Of a DNA stretch of 64,000 nucleotides, positions 46,221 through 58,405 are shown piece after piece. Source of the DNA: Lingula anatina (lineage: Eukaryota > Animalia > Brachiopoda); the NCBI GenBank assembly GCA_051362555.1, contig CM120643.1, positions 3,906,001 through 3,970,000 on the forward strand. The letters run 5' to 3'. The notes below the pieces were generated by a model. The model ran no database searches and had not been told where the DNA came from. It saw only the letters and a list, made by a program, of their open reading frames with translations. A program made the position numbers and the translations under genes. The first letter of the stretch is position 1. Each line of letters opens with the position of its first letter.

Positions 46221-46904
46221 TATTTCAGCTGATTAAAAGTCAACTGCAGCTGGTTTGTCTTTGTGGCTTTGATAAACAATGGCTACCAGATAATTACGAG
46301 GCCTGTATGCTGGGGACTTATGAGAATTCCTTTTAGAACAGTGCATTAAGATATGAGATGAGAGTTGATATATTGTTTCTTATGTGTCTGAAAGAAAAAA
46401 TAAGTTTTTGAAGTCATCCCCCCCCCTCCTTTTTTATTATTTTTTCCTCCCTGACATCAGGAGATAGGGTCCATGTTCCTGTAGCCATCCACAGACATCC
46501 ACTGGTGATCATTCTGAACATGGTGCGTGCCCCCCCCCCCCCCCCCCCCCCCATTTTGAGTAAAAAAATTAAAAAAAAAACACATAATTTATTTATTTAA
46601 TATTTATTTATTTTTTTGCATGTATTTTGGTGACTGTCTTACCATAAATACCAAACCATGTTTTTGTTTTAAATCAAATTTGCACAGAGGCTTTGTTTAG
46701 TAAAAAAGGCTGCTTGAATGAAAAATTAGCAGGATTTGATTATTTTTACCAATACTTAATATGTACAGTTTTATAAGTATTGAAAGAAGCTATTATATAA
46801 CTTATGGTTAAGCTGGTGAAGTTGATAAAACCCATAGGCCTTGGCCCATATTTGTATATATTTGGTGCAGAAAAAATCTATTAAACTCTTTTGTTGCAAC
46901 ATGT

Positions 46905-46941
46905 TTTGTGTCTGTATATTTTGCCAGCTTTGCTGTCTAGT
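46905..46941 (+). mobile_element. Solo 3' end of the same HINE family as 15353-22968
   Basis: GTGTCTGTATATTTTGCCAGCTTTGCTGTCTAGT compared with TGTCTGTACATTTGACAGCTTTGCTGCCTTGT at 22936. Confidence 0.55.
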
Positions 46942-47727
46942 CTTATGTTAGTGCTCATCTTATGGTTTGCCCAAAGATAATTAAGTATAAAAGATGTCTG
47001 CAGCACTTTTATATTAGTAATATGCAGAGAATTGTTTTAAAATAAAGATTTTAGCAACTTTTTTGTAATAAGTATATAGAAGCTTTTATACTAATATGTA
47101 CAGTACACTACTGTTGTGATCTCGTTGTAGTCTTAATGTAAAAGATGATTTATAATTATTGTTTTTGTTGCTTACTTTGTAATATTGTAACTTTTGTAAA
47201 TTTTTTACATGAAATCGAATCAAAAGACAAGGCATTTTCTTATCTTAGATATCCAAAGTTATTTATTGGGTTAGCTTGCCTAAAGTAGTGCTAATGAACT
47301 AATAGTGGATAAAGCAAGTCAGAATGATGACTGAATCATCACATTGTTAATGCCTGTTATAAGTACTGGTACCTAGTAAATTCCCACCTGGTAATTCTGG
47401 AGCTGTTTGTAATCAAAGAATGTTTATTTATTTAATAAACCTCATTAGTGCAGAATTTTATTTAAGAGAAACTGGGTTGAACTTGTAGAGAGGCATAGAT
47501 AAAGAGAAGGGAGAAAGAGAAATTAAGTAGTAAGAAAATTTCAGACTCCTATAACTGTTGTTATATTTTCTCTCTCATGCCTCATTGGCTACATTCAGAA
47601 CAGTGGACTAATGGATCCCCAGATCAAATATGGCCACCTTCTAAAAAGCTTATCACTTAAAATTAAAATTCCTGATAAGACACAAAATAGATTATGATGT
47701 GACTATTTTATTCATCAGTGCATTAGA

Positions 47728-47949
47728 GATCATAGTTGTATATGTGTCTGTAGTCTCATATGGAAATCACTGAACACACTGTGGACATGATATACAGTGA
47801 TGATCATAGTTATATATGTGTCTGTAGTCTCATATGGAAATCACTGAACACAATGTGGACATGATATACAGTGATGATCATAGTTATATATGTGTCTGTA
47901 GTCTCATATGGAAATCACTGAACACACTGTGGACATGATATACAGTGAT
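47728..47949. repeat. 74-bp tandem repeat, 3 copies
   Basis: GATCATAGTT.TATATGTGTCTGTAGTCTCATATGGAAATC starts at 47728, 47802 and 47876. Confidence 0.95.
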
Positions 47950-48489
47950 AAGAGAATGGACATGTTAAAAGCAGCAAACTACAGTCTCTTTGCAGTAAAT
48001 TTCAGGCTTTTGTTTCCTTAAAGGGATAATAACTCTTCGTATGAGATCTATATTTCACAATAAAAACATTGTGAATAACTCATAGATATATAATATAATA
48101 TATTCTGTTTAATGACAAAAACAGCAGTTATAGCTATTATTCGGATAGAAGCTTGTCTTCAGATCACGTGACCTCCATTGATGGCTATACTCTGTTATAA
48201 TCTCTTAAGTCATTATTTATCATACTTATATTATTTTAGGTAATTATATGATTTCATCAACTTTATTCATAACTTTCAATTTAAATGCACTTCTTGAAAA
48301 TGTATTTGACCTTTGTTTTTCTGAGAATTATCATTTCAACATTATAAATGTACCAACCAACTTTTAATTACAAATAAATATTGAAAATTATTATTTATTG
48401 TTGTTGTTTTATTTACATGACTGTGTAAGAATATTGAGGTCTAAGAACTCAGTCCCAATAAAAATAAGAGTGCATTCAGTGCTTTATCT

Positions 48490-48668
48490 GTCTAGGTAGA
48501 TCAATTCAGGGGGACTCTTGCTGAATACAATCAGATTAAGAGATTAGCATACCACCCCCTAGCTTTGAGTAGAAAATGGAAAACAAGCATGTTATAAACA
48601 AAAGGAGGCGAGCCAATCCAATTGCATTCAGCAAGAGTCCCTGTGGAGTTGGATCGATTTACATAGAC
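48490..48668. mobile_element. Degenerate foldback MITE
   Basis: GGGACTCTTGCTGAAT.CAAT ... ATTGCATTCAGCAAGAGTCCC inverted pair, similar to the internal foldback at 14418-14601. Confidence 0.6.
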
Positions 48669-48912
48669 CAATAGTGTCATTGTGAATGAGTCCTAAATTG
48701 AGGCACTAGTAGATATGTCAGTGGCAATACTAAGATGAATAAATATAAAATGATAAGAAGAAAGTGTAGTGATAGTTTCTAATATGATTCTTTTACTTCC
48801 AAAAGTGTTTTATGCGGTTCAAAGTGATAACATTGGTAAAATTAAAGAATCGGGGACCACTGAAAGACAAAGTATATTGCAAACTTTTTGAGAGGTAAAA
48901 AACTAGGCCATG

Positions 48913-49071
48913 CAGGCCCGTAGCCAGGGGGGGTTCGAAAGAACCGCCCCTTTTGCTGGGAAAAGGTCCACTCTGGGTAAGATTTGATCTAGGTACATGA
49001 AGTTTTTATGGGAAAAGGTCCACTTTTTCAGAAAAAGAACCCCCCTTTTGAAATTGCTGGCTACGGGCCTG
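48913..49071. mobile_element. Small MITE with 15-bp TIRs and CCATG direct flanks
   Basis: CAGGCCCGTAGCCAG ... CTGGCTACGGGCCTG; CCATG at 48908-48912 and 49072-49076. Confidence 0.9.
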
Positions 49072-49117
49072 CCATGTCTCCCATTTCTCCCTGCAGAATC
49101 TTACAGATATCAAGTCA

Positions 49118-49295
49118 GCGACGTTGTATATGTGCGCACGCATGTTATTACGTCGCTCATTCTTCTTTGTTACGTTTAGAATAAATATTTACACGCTTCA
49201 TGGTAACGTATGTATCGGTAACGTATGTATCATTTTAGCGTAACAAAGAAGAATAAGCGACGTAAAAACAAGCTTGCGCACATATACAACGTCGC
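49118..49295. mobile_element. Palindromic foldback element
   Basis: GCGACGTTGTATATGTGCGCA...ACGTCGCT.ATTCTTCTTTGTTACG is mirrored by CGTAACAAAGAAGAAT.AGCGACGT...TGCGCACATATACAACGTCGC. Confidence 0.85.
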
Positions 49296-51828
49296 ACGCA
49301 ACCACAGAGTCGCGACAACAGAGAAGAAACAATGAAATCAGAAAACAATACCTTCACGAATGATGCGTAACTCAGTAAACTGATTCTTATGTGATTTGTT
49401 TTTTCTAAGAAGCATATTTGAGTTCATATGTACTGCTGCATAAAAATAAAAATGTTAGATATACATGTACAAACCTAAGTCGCCACAACTCTAGTGTTAA
49501 ATATTCACAGTGCTAGAGCAATAGGCGACATCATGTTTTAATTGGGATGCTTTAATAATAATAACCTCATTTATTTGGGATGAAGGTCTATAGATGGACA
49601 AAACAAAATGGTCTGTTTGTACAATAATCTGATGGTAACGTTTTAGATTGTGTTAAGCCACATCGTGTCTTCTCTAACACAATCCGGCGACAGTGCTATT
49701 ATTATGTAAACCAGGTGAGCATTTTGGTGAGAGGTATTCAGATAGGACCAAGGTCAGTAGGAAGAGGAAGAAGCCTCATGTGCCACATTGCCATAATTTC
49801 CACACGTAGGCTGAAATTTTGGCACTGAGAACTGCTGTAGTTTGCTGTAAGTACTGTATAGATGATATAAGGCAACACTGATCATTTTATGATGACGATA
49901 TTTTATCAAAAAGTATGCGTTTCCCACTTCAGGCGTAAGTACTCTTGGGTATATTTTACTGACTTGAATGCTGAAATGAGCTTGAAAATTTTATTACCTT
50001 TTTGCGTTGCTTCTTCCAGAAGGAAAGTATTTGCTCATAAAGAAGTGAGAAGATTATTCCAGCCGTCCAAAGGTCTGAACGCGTTATTCCGCCTTAAACA
50101 AAGCAAGACGACAAAGCAGGTGATTACCGGTACATTCTCAGCTCCCAATGAGTGCACTTTTTATCTTACGACAGCGGCTTGTACACATATATCCTGTTAA
50201 TTAAAGTTAACTGTTAACAAACAAGTGGTTTTCTAGAGAACTAGTATATTTGCTAGGCACTGTCGACCTCCCTTGCCTTCAATTTTTTTCCTGATTTCAA
50301 TTTCAATTACACACCGTCCTTGATATTATAATTTGAAATAAGATATTGCATAAAACATTTGATTTTAAAAAAAGTTGAGCTAAAGTGCCTGCATTCGGAT
50401 TACGAATTTATTTAAGTATGGATTCATTGGTAGAAAGTAATTGGTAAAATCATTCAGAAGAAGTTATAATAAGCACATATAGCAATAAAATCCTGAATTT
50501 ATATCACTCTACCCACAAAATACGCAAAATAATGTATAACTTAGAAAGTAAAAAACCAATCAAGATTATTATTAATATTATGTATTTCACTTTGTCAATT
50601 CCTTAGATATTATTATGAATTTAGTTTAATTTATTTCATTTTACATTTAATTTCAGTGCCTCGTAACAACCGTCTACGATGAGATAGGACGCACTCCCAG
50701 CAAAGACATCAGATTCGTGAACGCCAGCACCCGCACCCATGTCAACGTTGTCTTAATGCTTGCGTGTCGAAGTTTGTCGTATAGTCAACTTGCAGGGTTG
50801 ACATTTGGTTTGGTTTGAAATGTAATATTTGCTTTGGTTTGTAATATTCTGCATCAAAACATGTATCGAATGAAGTACAGCGTGCAACAAATGTTGCTTA
50901 TTCATGAAACTTCTGATAAAAGGGACCAAATCCAAGCGTCAACCCTGCACTTCGCTGGTTTATTATTATACATATGTAAATAAGTTGTAGTACAGCACTC
51001 TATCCGCACACGATGTTTTTATCATAATTTAAAATTTTGTTCATACCCACCAGTTCTCGAACCTGAAACGACACTTTTAAAATTATCCTAAAACAAAAAA
51101 GTGCCTTGCTTAAGTGATCTATGACAATAAAATTAATTGTTGTAAAATTATCATTAAGTGATGAGCAGGTAGAGCGCTGTAGTGGTGCGACCGGTTTAAT
51201 GTTTGATTGTAAGATTTTGTGTGGGCAAATATGTAATAAGACGCTTTATTATGCACTCGAAAATACATTTTTATTCATATTAAATTGGATATGGATACAA
51301 ATATTGATTTTAATGAAGTTAACTTTAAAAAAATAAGTAGACTCGTGCGTAAAATGTATACAGGAATCTTCTCTTGGAAGAATATTTTACAAGAATCTTT
51401 TATTGGAAGAAAGGACCGAGATATAAAACTACAATAAGCTGTTAACACTGTAATCCAAATTATGACACTTAAGAATTATCGGAAGTATGAATCGTAAAAT
51501 GTGCTCAAGTTATTACAGAATTGCCTGCACGTATTAAAACGGGCCTTTCTAAAATTATAGATATGCGGTTATTGTTTCCCGCTGTTTTGATATGCGAGTA
51601 GTGTGTCTGATCTGTGATAGACCTATAGTTTTATTGCTGGGAGGGGGTAGAAATGTTTTTGTTTTCAGAAAATCAAACCAATGGTTGGGTCCCTTTTTTT
51701 TTTTTTTTTCGAAATTTATATGTTTTTGTTATTTAAGAAGGAAAATTGGCTTTTTGCCTTCGTTACAAAGCGGAATTGTTAATAGAAACAAAGTGTTTTA
51801 TTTTGGCATCCTTTGACAATTAAAGTGT

Positions 51829-52364
51829 ACGTGCAGGACTGGCATTTATCGCATCCTTTTATAACTTGAAAAATCCTTATCATATTCTTATCGTTAACCA
51901 CAGTTGTCGCAAAGCTTTTTTTTTTTTTTTTTTTTTGGGGGGGGGGGGGGTATCGGTATTTCCTAGTAATTGGACGAACTTTTGCAGACTGTCAACTTTT
52001 GCCAATCCTCTAAAAAACAAAATAAAATCTTTATTGAATTAACATAAAATCTGCATACGTATCTGTTTTTATATTTGGTACATTGTAGTTTAGTGTATGA
52101 TTTGGCCAGTTAATTGCCAATTTACTGACTTATTGTTTAAAATCCTTTGTTTTGTGGCATTTGTCTAATCAAATGTGAAAAATCAAAATTTCATCAGAAA
52201 GATGACACTTTGATTGGTAAGGCTAAAAGTTTAATAAAAAATACGAAGTTCAGTGTTTTATTTAATGCTGATCTTGTACTTGGCACTTTCTTTATTCTAT
52301 ATTTCGGTCGGGATCAAGGAGTGATTGAGAACAAAAGGCCTGATTAGGTGCCAGTCCTGCACGT
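51829..52364. mobile_element. MITE with 16-bp TIRs
   Basis: ACGTGCAGGACTGGCA ... TGCCAGTCCTGCACGT. Confidence 0.8.
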
Positions 52365-53444
52365 GCTGTTGGGTTATTTTTGCTGAGTGTTTCTGAATCA
52401 CTGAGCACAAGTGACCGTAGAGTTATTTTAAGTAAACTTGTTTTGCACAGCCTTTTTAATTTTGTTTACGTAATATTGTTCTTAAAATGACTATTGACTG
52501 GGATACGGTTGTAAACTGACCATGTCTTCATGCTGTTCTTGATTCGCACGGCGCATAAATTTGTTCCTATTTTAAGATTTAAAGAGAAGAAAAACATATT
52601 CATTTATCTATGAGAAAGCATTCATTAAATTTACAGAACTGAATAATGTTTGACTGCTGTTTGGTGTTGTGTGTGATCATCAGCATGGGGACATACAGTT
52701 AGTTGTGGGGTCATGAGTGTGTTCCCGCGTGCGGGGAGAACGCTTACATGAGATCATAATCATTTTGAATTTTCTATACTGTTACCACCCTTGAATTTAG
52801 ATAAAAATGTCCCTCGGTGAAATATTGGATCAGTCACAAGACAAATACTCCAATTTCAACTTTGAACGATTACTGTAAAATACGTCGTCAAATCTTCAAC
52901 TTTCTCTTTTAACTCTGGGCAAAAACCTGAGTCAGTATTTTGTCGTCTGCGGTATTCTTGAACACTTTTTAAAAACCAAAAGGATTGATCTAGAGCGACA
53001 ATTTTCAAAATGCATAGAACCTCCATTTAGTAGTAGATAGTTGTATTTAAGCTTGATTTACATCTCGAACTGCAAAGTCGTTATGTATGAGACTTGCTTT
53101 TTATGTTGAGCCAAAGCGTAGTGTTCGGATTTTTCATACATCTGTAGGCCCTATGGTGCGATTGTTTGTATTATTTTATAATAAACGTACATAACAGTTG
53201 TATTAAATGTAGTTTCAAAATGTACAAAAAGTCACCGCTCATTCCTAACTTTCTTTTCTTCAGCTGGACTCGAACCTTTCGCCTTCAGGTTCTTGGTCAG
53301 TAGTTTGCATCCCATTCTTGATCTGTCGCCTTACCTACTGGGCCAATGTCTCAGCTTGCTTTTTCTCATTCGCACGATCCTCTTATAGTAGTTCAAATTG
53401 TTTATTTAGGTTTATTTTTGCAAAAGGTAATTTGCTGGGACCTA

Positions 53445-53516
53445 GGAGCGCCAGGAATCGAACTGGGGACCTTCTGTCTCAGAGGCAAGCGCGTTACCTA
53501 CTCCTCTAAGTGTTCC
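53445..53516 (-). pseudogene. tRNA-like sequence (tRNA pseudogene or SINE head)
   Basis: 72 nt with A-box TAGAGGAGTAGG, B-box GTTCGATTCC and a degenerate acceptor stem GGAACAC/GCGCTCC; T and anticodon stems are mispaired. Confidence 0.7.
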
Positions 53517-53961
53517 CACCCACCCTCCTCGGGTAGATTTTCTTCTTATAGTAACCAAAGAAAAATTCTAATAGCACACCTCTGTGATTCCAAAGTGCCC
53601 GAGCCAGGAATCGAACCCCAACCCCAGGCTACCACTGAGCCATGTAGCCATCAGGAAAAACGCTAAGACAATTTGCATATTCAATAAGTTTTTTTTTTAT
53701 TATGAGCAATTCAAATGTATTTTACTGTATTCAATTATTAATAAAACATGTATCTATAAAACATCATTGTCTTAAGTCTTTTTATTACTATAACTATCTG
53801 TGAAAATATTATTGATGTCTGCATTTAAATTGCCTTACAGGTGTGAAAAATATAACGTTCTTATCTATTCGACTTGACAAATAAACAGTCTACCACATTA
53901 ATGGTCTTATGTTTTATCTTAATGACACAAGCAAAATATTCCAACTTCTTCATTAAAAAAA

Positions 53962-54097
53962 CAGTGGTGGATCTAGTCTCCGCCCTCCCCGAGGAGAGAG
54001 ACCCATTCTGGACTCACATGATCAAGTTCTCAAAATACTCCATCTTGCCCCAAATGTCAACATCTGACCCCTTTAAAATGTCCGGGATCCGCCATTG
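53962..54097. mobile_element. Small MITE of the CAGTGGCGGATC-type TIR family
   Basis: CAGTGGTGGATC ... GATCCGCCATTG. Confidence 0.7.
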
Positions 54098-57000
54098 TTT
54101 TTCTGTATATAAGACTGAAAGTTATGAGATATTTATTAAATGTTCTGTTTAAAATTGCACGCTTTTTCAGTCGGACACTTATCGTTGGGAAAAAAACAGA
54201 CACACACTTTTGTTATGTTTGGCAAAAAAAGTGTCAAACGTACTAACGTAAAAACACACACAGCGTTTACTTAGCTATTGACAAAATCGACAGAATAATA
54301 AACACTAGTTTATAAAGAAAATATGAAATTGAATAAATTCCTTATAAAAACTATTTTAAAAACAAACTTCATCTTCACTTATGAAATCTGGGTTGAAATC
54401 CAAGTGACAAATCACGATACATGTATTTCTCATATTTCCTACATCCATTTTCAATTTCAAAAATCTTGTAACAAATGATTTGCAACATAAATTGAACCTG
54501 TATTTGTTCAAGAAATTAATGCAAAAAATATCAGCTATGTTGCCGGATAAGACGTGTTACATTTGTAAGAACTACATTCAGATATACCCTTGTAAATACT
54601 AAAACACGAATGGCAATTACATGCACCAAATCAGCTTTTCAAGGAGGAAAATTATATACAAATATAAATTGAAATTTGAAAATTCTACATACTTCACTAG
54701 TGAAACAAAATAATCAATCTTCGTTCGTAAAATTACATCTCTTATTCAACAAGACAGCAGAGTTTAGAATTTCAAGAGACGATTTGCCGAATTTCTCATC
54801 TGAACATTAAAAGAAAGACACAATGAGCGTCATTCTAGATTTCAGTCAATTTGGAGAATGAGGCTGAAGAATATAGTCACGCCGTTAAAAACAGAAATTA
54901 AGAATTCGACACCGGGCTTGTAAAGTTTATTAACGCTTTTGATAATGTGTTTTTGCGTACTTAATTAGCATTCCATCTGAACTAGAAAGTCACCCCTTGC
55001 TGTCTTGCTGAAGAATACCAAAAATAGTACCATTTCACATGACACGTGTGACAAATTCGAAACTACGATAGTATAGAACATATTTCAGTACAATAAAGCA
55101 AATTTTTAACTGATGGCCATGCAATCTGATATATCATTACATTTAATTCGTAAAAGACCTCAAATTCGTGATGCTATATAAAAAAACACGTAAAAGACAC
55201 ATTTAGACAGAGCCTCTTCAAATCTGTGCCAAACAACATTTCGGGCAATCAACTCGCGTAGACCGTCTTGAAGGGTTCTTCTTATAATCTGTCAAGCAGA
55301 AATCATTACAACTACAATTTAGCTCACACATGAAATGAAATATTACATCTTAATTTATGAAATCTTGCCAATATTCGAGATGGAAGTGTATTACTATACC
55401 CCCTTAATACATGAATTATGTTCTTTTCTTCGGAAATGGACGTTTGTTACTATACCTATATCGTATACCTAGCGCTCACTACATGTAAATATCAACATGA
55501 CAATGGCCAGGCTCTCACAAGTCATTTCACAGCCTTTTCCCCTTCTTGGCCATTTCTCACGGTAAACTTCCACTGCCACTACTATTTCTACCGACGAAGG
55601 TCAAAATACTGAACATGAAGTGCAACTGCATCTTCCTTTGTTTTATGAGACGTGATGAGATGAAGTGAAGGAGGAAATAAATGGTACGTGGGGAAAATGT
55701 TGGGAAATGATCAAAAACCACTTTTAAACAAACGAGCGTCAAAATACTTTTCAAAAATGAATCACAAGTAACTTATCACCAAATACCTAACATTGGTTTC
55801 TTAAAACGTTATATTGATATGGCTGAAATTACGATATTCGTATACTTAATATCTAAGCCGCCTTCGCTCCACTTCCTGATCACTCAGCACTGAGGCAGTG
55901 ATGTCTCCTTCCAGGCTGTCCATCCCATTACATTCATGGTAGGGGAGGTGGCAGGCTGAAGTGACCGCCTTTCCTTTTCAACTCTCATCAATATTTTACG
56001 GATGGAACTTCATTTGTACTTTACAACATTAAAAATGCATTGCACGACGTTTGTGTTCAGTATATTTTAAAAAATGCCAGACGAAAATTAACTTCAGATC
56101 CTTATCAACCCCAAATTGAAACGACATTATGTGGGTCACTGGCTTTCTTGATATGACTCAATAAGGTCCACTGATTTAAATATCTGAGCAGTTTTTGCTA
56201 TGTTTGACCAACTAGACCTTACGATAGAGACTGCAGTGTTTTGATTCTGATGCTGTCTCAACCATGATTGTGACAGATTCCACAAAATATCACCTCATTG
56301 TGTTAGTGAAGACATAACGCGAGGCGGGGAGGGGGGATAAAAAGTTCATAAAGAAATTACCTAGTAAGCTATTGAAAATGACAATATGATATTTTAGTTT
56401 AAATTAGATGTCGACGAACCATTCAATAGAGAAAGTTGGATTAAAAGGAAATATGTTGAAAAAAACGGCTGAAAAATGATGGGGGGAGGGTATGGATGAT
56501 GGTATAAAAGGTTTGGGAAATTGAGTTTTGAGTGCGTTCGGGTGTTTACCAGTGTCCTTTAACTTAAACACACCAGGTTATACAAACTTTTACAACTTTT
56601 GTCTCTAAAGAAAACCTGTTCAGATTTATATTTTCTACTTTTATAACTACCGCATGTTTCAACTATGGTAATTCACAAAGATGGACTTCGAATTCAAAGA
56701 TGACGTCTATTGAGAAAGAGGGCCATTACAAAAAACGCTACGAAAGGAACTAAAATTAAAATAAGTTCCAGCAAATGTTATGCTGTTGTTTTGCTAGAAA
56801 ATCACCGTGGCGTTATAATTTAGCGCTGATTTACTCTATCACATTCTTCCTCTGAAATGTTGCCACAATGAATAAAAAATGAAACTTGGATACTCGTCTA
56901 TCATGTCTTGAAATTGAAATTTTAAAAAATTAAAAGAGAAAGAAATAAACGGCATTTTTTATTGAAATTAGCATTTTTACACACAACGAAGGCGACGATG

Positions 57001-57433
57001 GCGCGTGAAAAAAACGACCTAAAATCCCCACTGTCAGTTACAGATGGAACAAGTGCCGACAGAATTGACATGAAATCAAAGTTTGCCATTTTTGTACTAC
57101 ACAGACTGTCGGCGATTATTACATCAAGTATGTTTGCCGACTTGCACGAAATGTTGCACATTTTCATATATGCACTAGGGCCTATTTGCGCGATTATCCA
57201 GAATATACATCAGAAAACATAAAACAGAAGTGCTAGTGAATGAGATTTCGTGCTTTTGCCGAAATTTCCCCATAGGCAGTGGGCTAAAAAGAGTCGTACA
57301 GATTGCGGTTTGAAGGAAAGAATAATAACTTTTTAAATTAAAAACGAATTTTTTTTTTCACGAAATGAGATATTTGGGACTTGTTAACAACACATTTCTA
57401 ACCGAGGCGTTACTTTCCAAAGCATAATTTTTT

Positions 57434-57437
<4 letters not shown>

Positions 57438-57472
<35 letters not shown>
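57438..57472. repeat. (GT)n microsatellite
   Basis: Read directly. Confidence 0.95.
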
Positions 57473-57474
<2 letters not shown>

Positions 57475-58131
57475 GGGTGGAGGACACAGGAAGTAAAAGC
57501 TGTCGTGCGCGGGAATCTTTCTCTCTGGCAATTGTTAATGTTGACAGGTATAATGGTCCGGGAGAATAGAGGAAGTTGAGTTACAACAGTTTTAATGCTA
57601 CAGTATTTGACCTCAGAGTCTATCTCAACATGATTGTGACGTTGTCCATGAATTTCATCATATTGTGGTAGTGAAGACAGTGACAAATGATAGAGGGCTC
57701 TGATATGATCATTTTTCTTATAATTTCTTCTCATAATAATTTTTTTTAATACGCGAAACTTTTTGTACTGAATTCACTTATTTCAAACGTTTCCAAATGT
57801 CATGAATTTCATTTATATGAAAAAAGAGTACCATGTAACAGTGGTAACCGTACTTGAGACCCCTGCAGGCGATGTATGTTTTTTTCTCTGGGAATTCACG
57901 TGGAGACGTTGTCCAGGATCGAGAAGCTATCTCTATCTATGAAGCTAATTCCTTGTAAAATTTTACTATATATAATAACACGCTTTATATTAATGATCAT
58001 GGGCCTATTTGATCAATACTTTCATCAAGCTTTATTATTTTCTTGCCTTATAAATTCCAGTCCTGGGGGAATTTGTCCAGTGCGGACGGCTCCTACAATA
58101 TCTTTGTAGAATAAAAGAACTCTAACATCTC

Positions 58132-58405
58132 GTGATTGATAGATATCAATCAAAGCTGTCAAATTTGACAGTTTGAGTAAACATACGTCAATCACATCCA
58201 TACCGCCAAAGAACTTTTATCTCCTGTGATTGATAGGTGTCAATCAAAGCTGTCAAATTTGACAGCTCGATTGACGGTTAGTTAAACAAACGTCAATCAC
58301 AATCATCCTGCAAAGGAGCTTTTACTTCCTGTGATTGAGAGGTGCCAATCAAAGCTATTAGAAGTGGATGGCTTGATTGGCAGTTATATAAACAAACGTC
58401 AATCA
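58132..58405. repeat. Three tandem ~95-105-bp units, each bounded by GTGATTGA...TCAATCA
   Basis: The first two units contain the perfect palindrome CTGTCAAATTTGACAG. Confidence 0.75.

Noticed and set aside
53445-53516. Functional tRNA gene
   Set aside because: Acceptor, T and anticodon stems are mispaired; kept only as a pseudogene or SINE head.
55480-55990. Protein-like minus-strand stretches (e.g. ACHLPYHECNGMDSLEGDITASVLSDQEVERRRLRY)
   Set aside because: No recognisable family, no consistent splice sites and too short to support a call.
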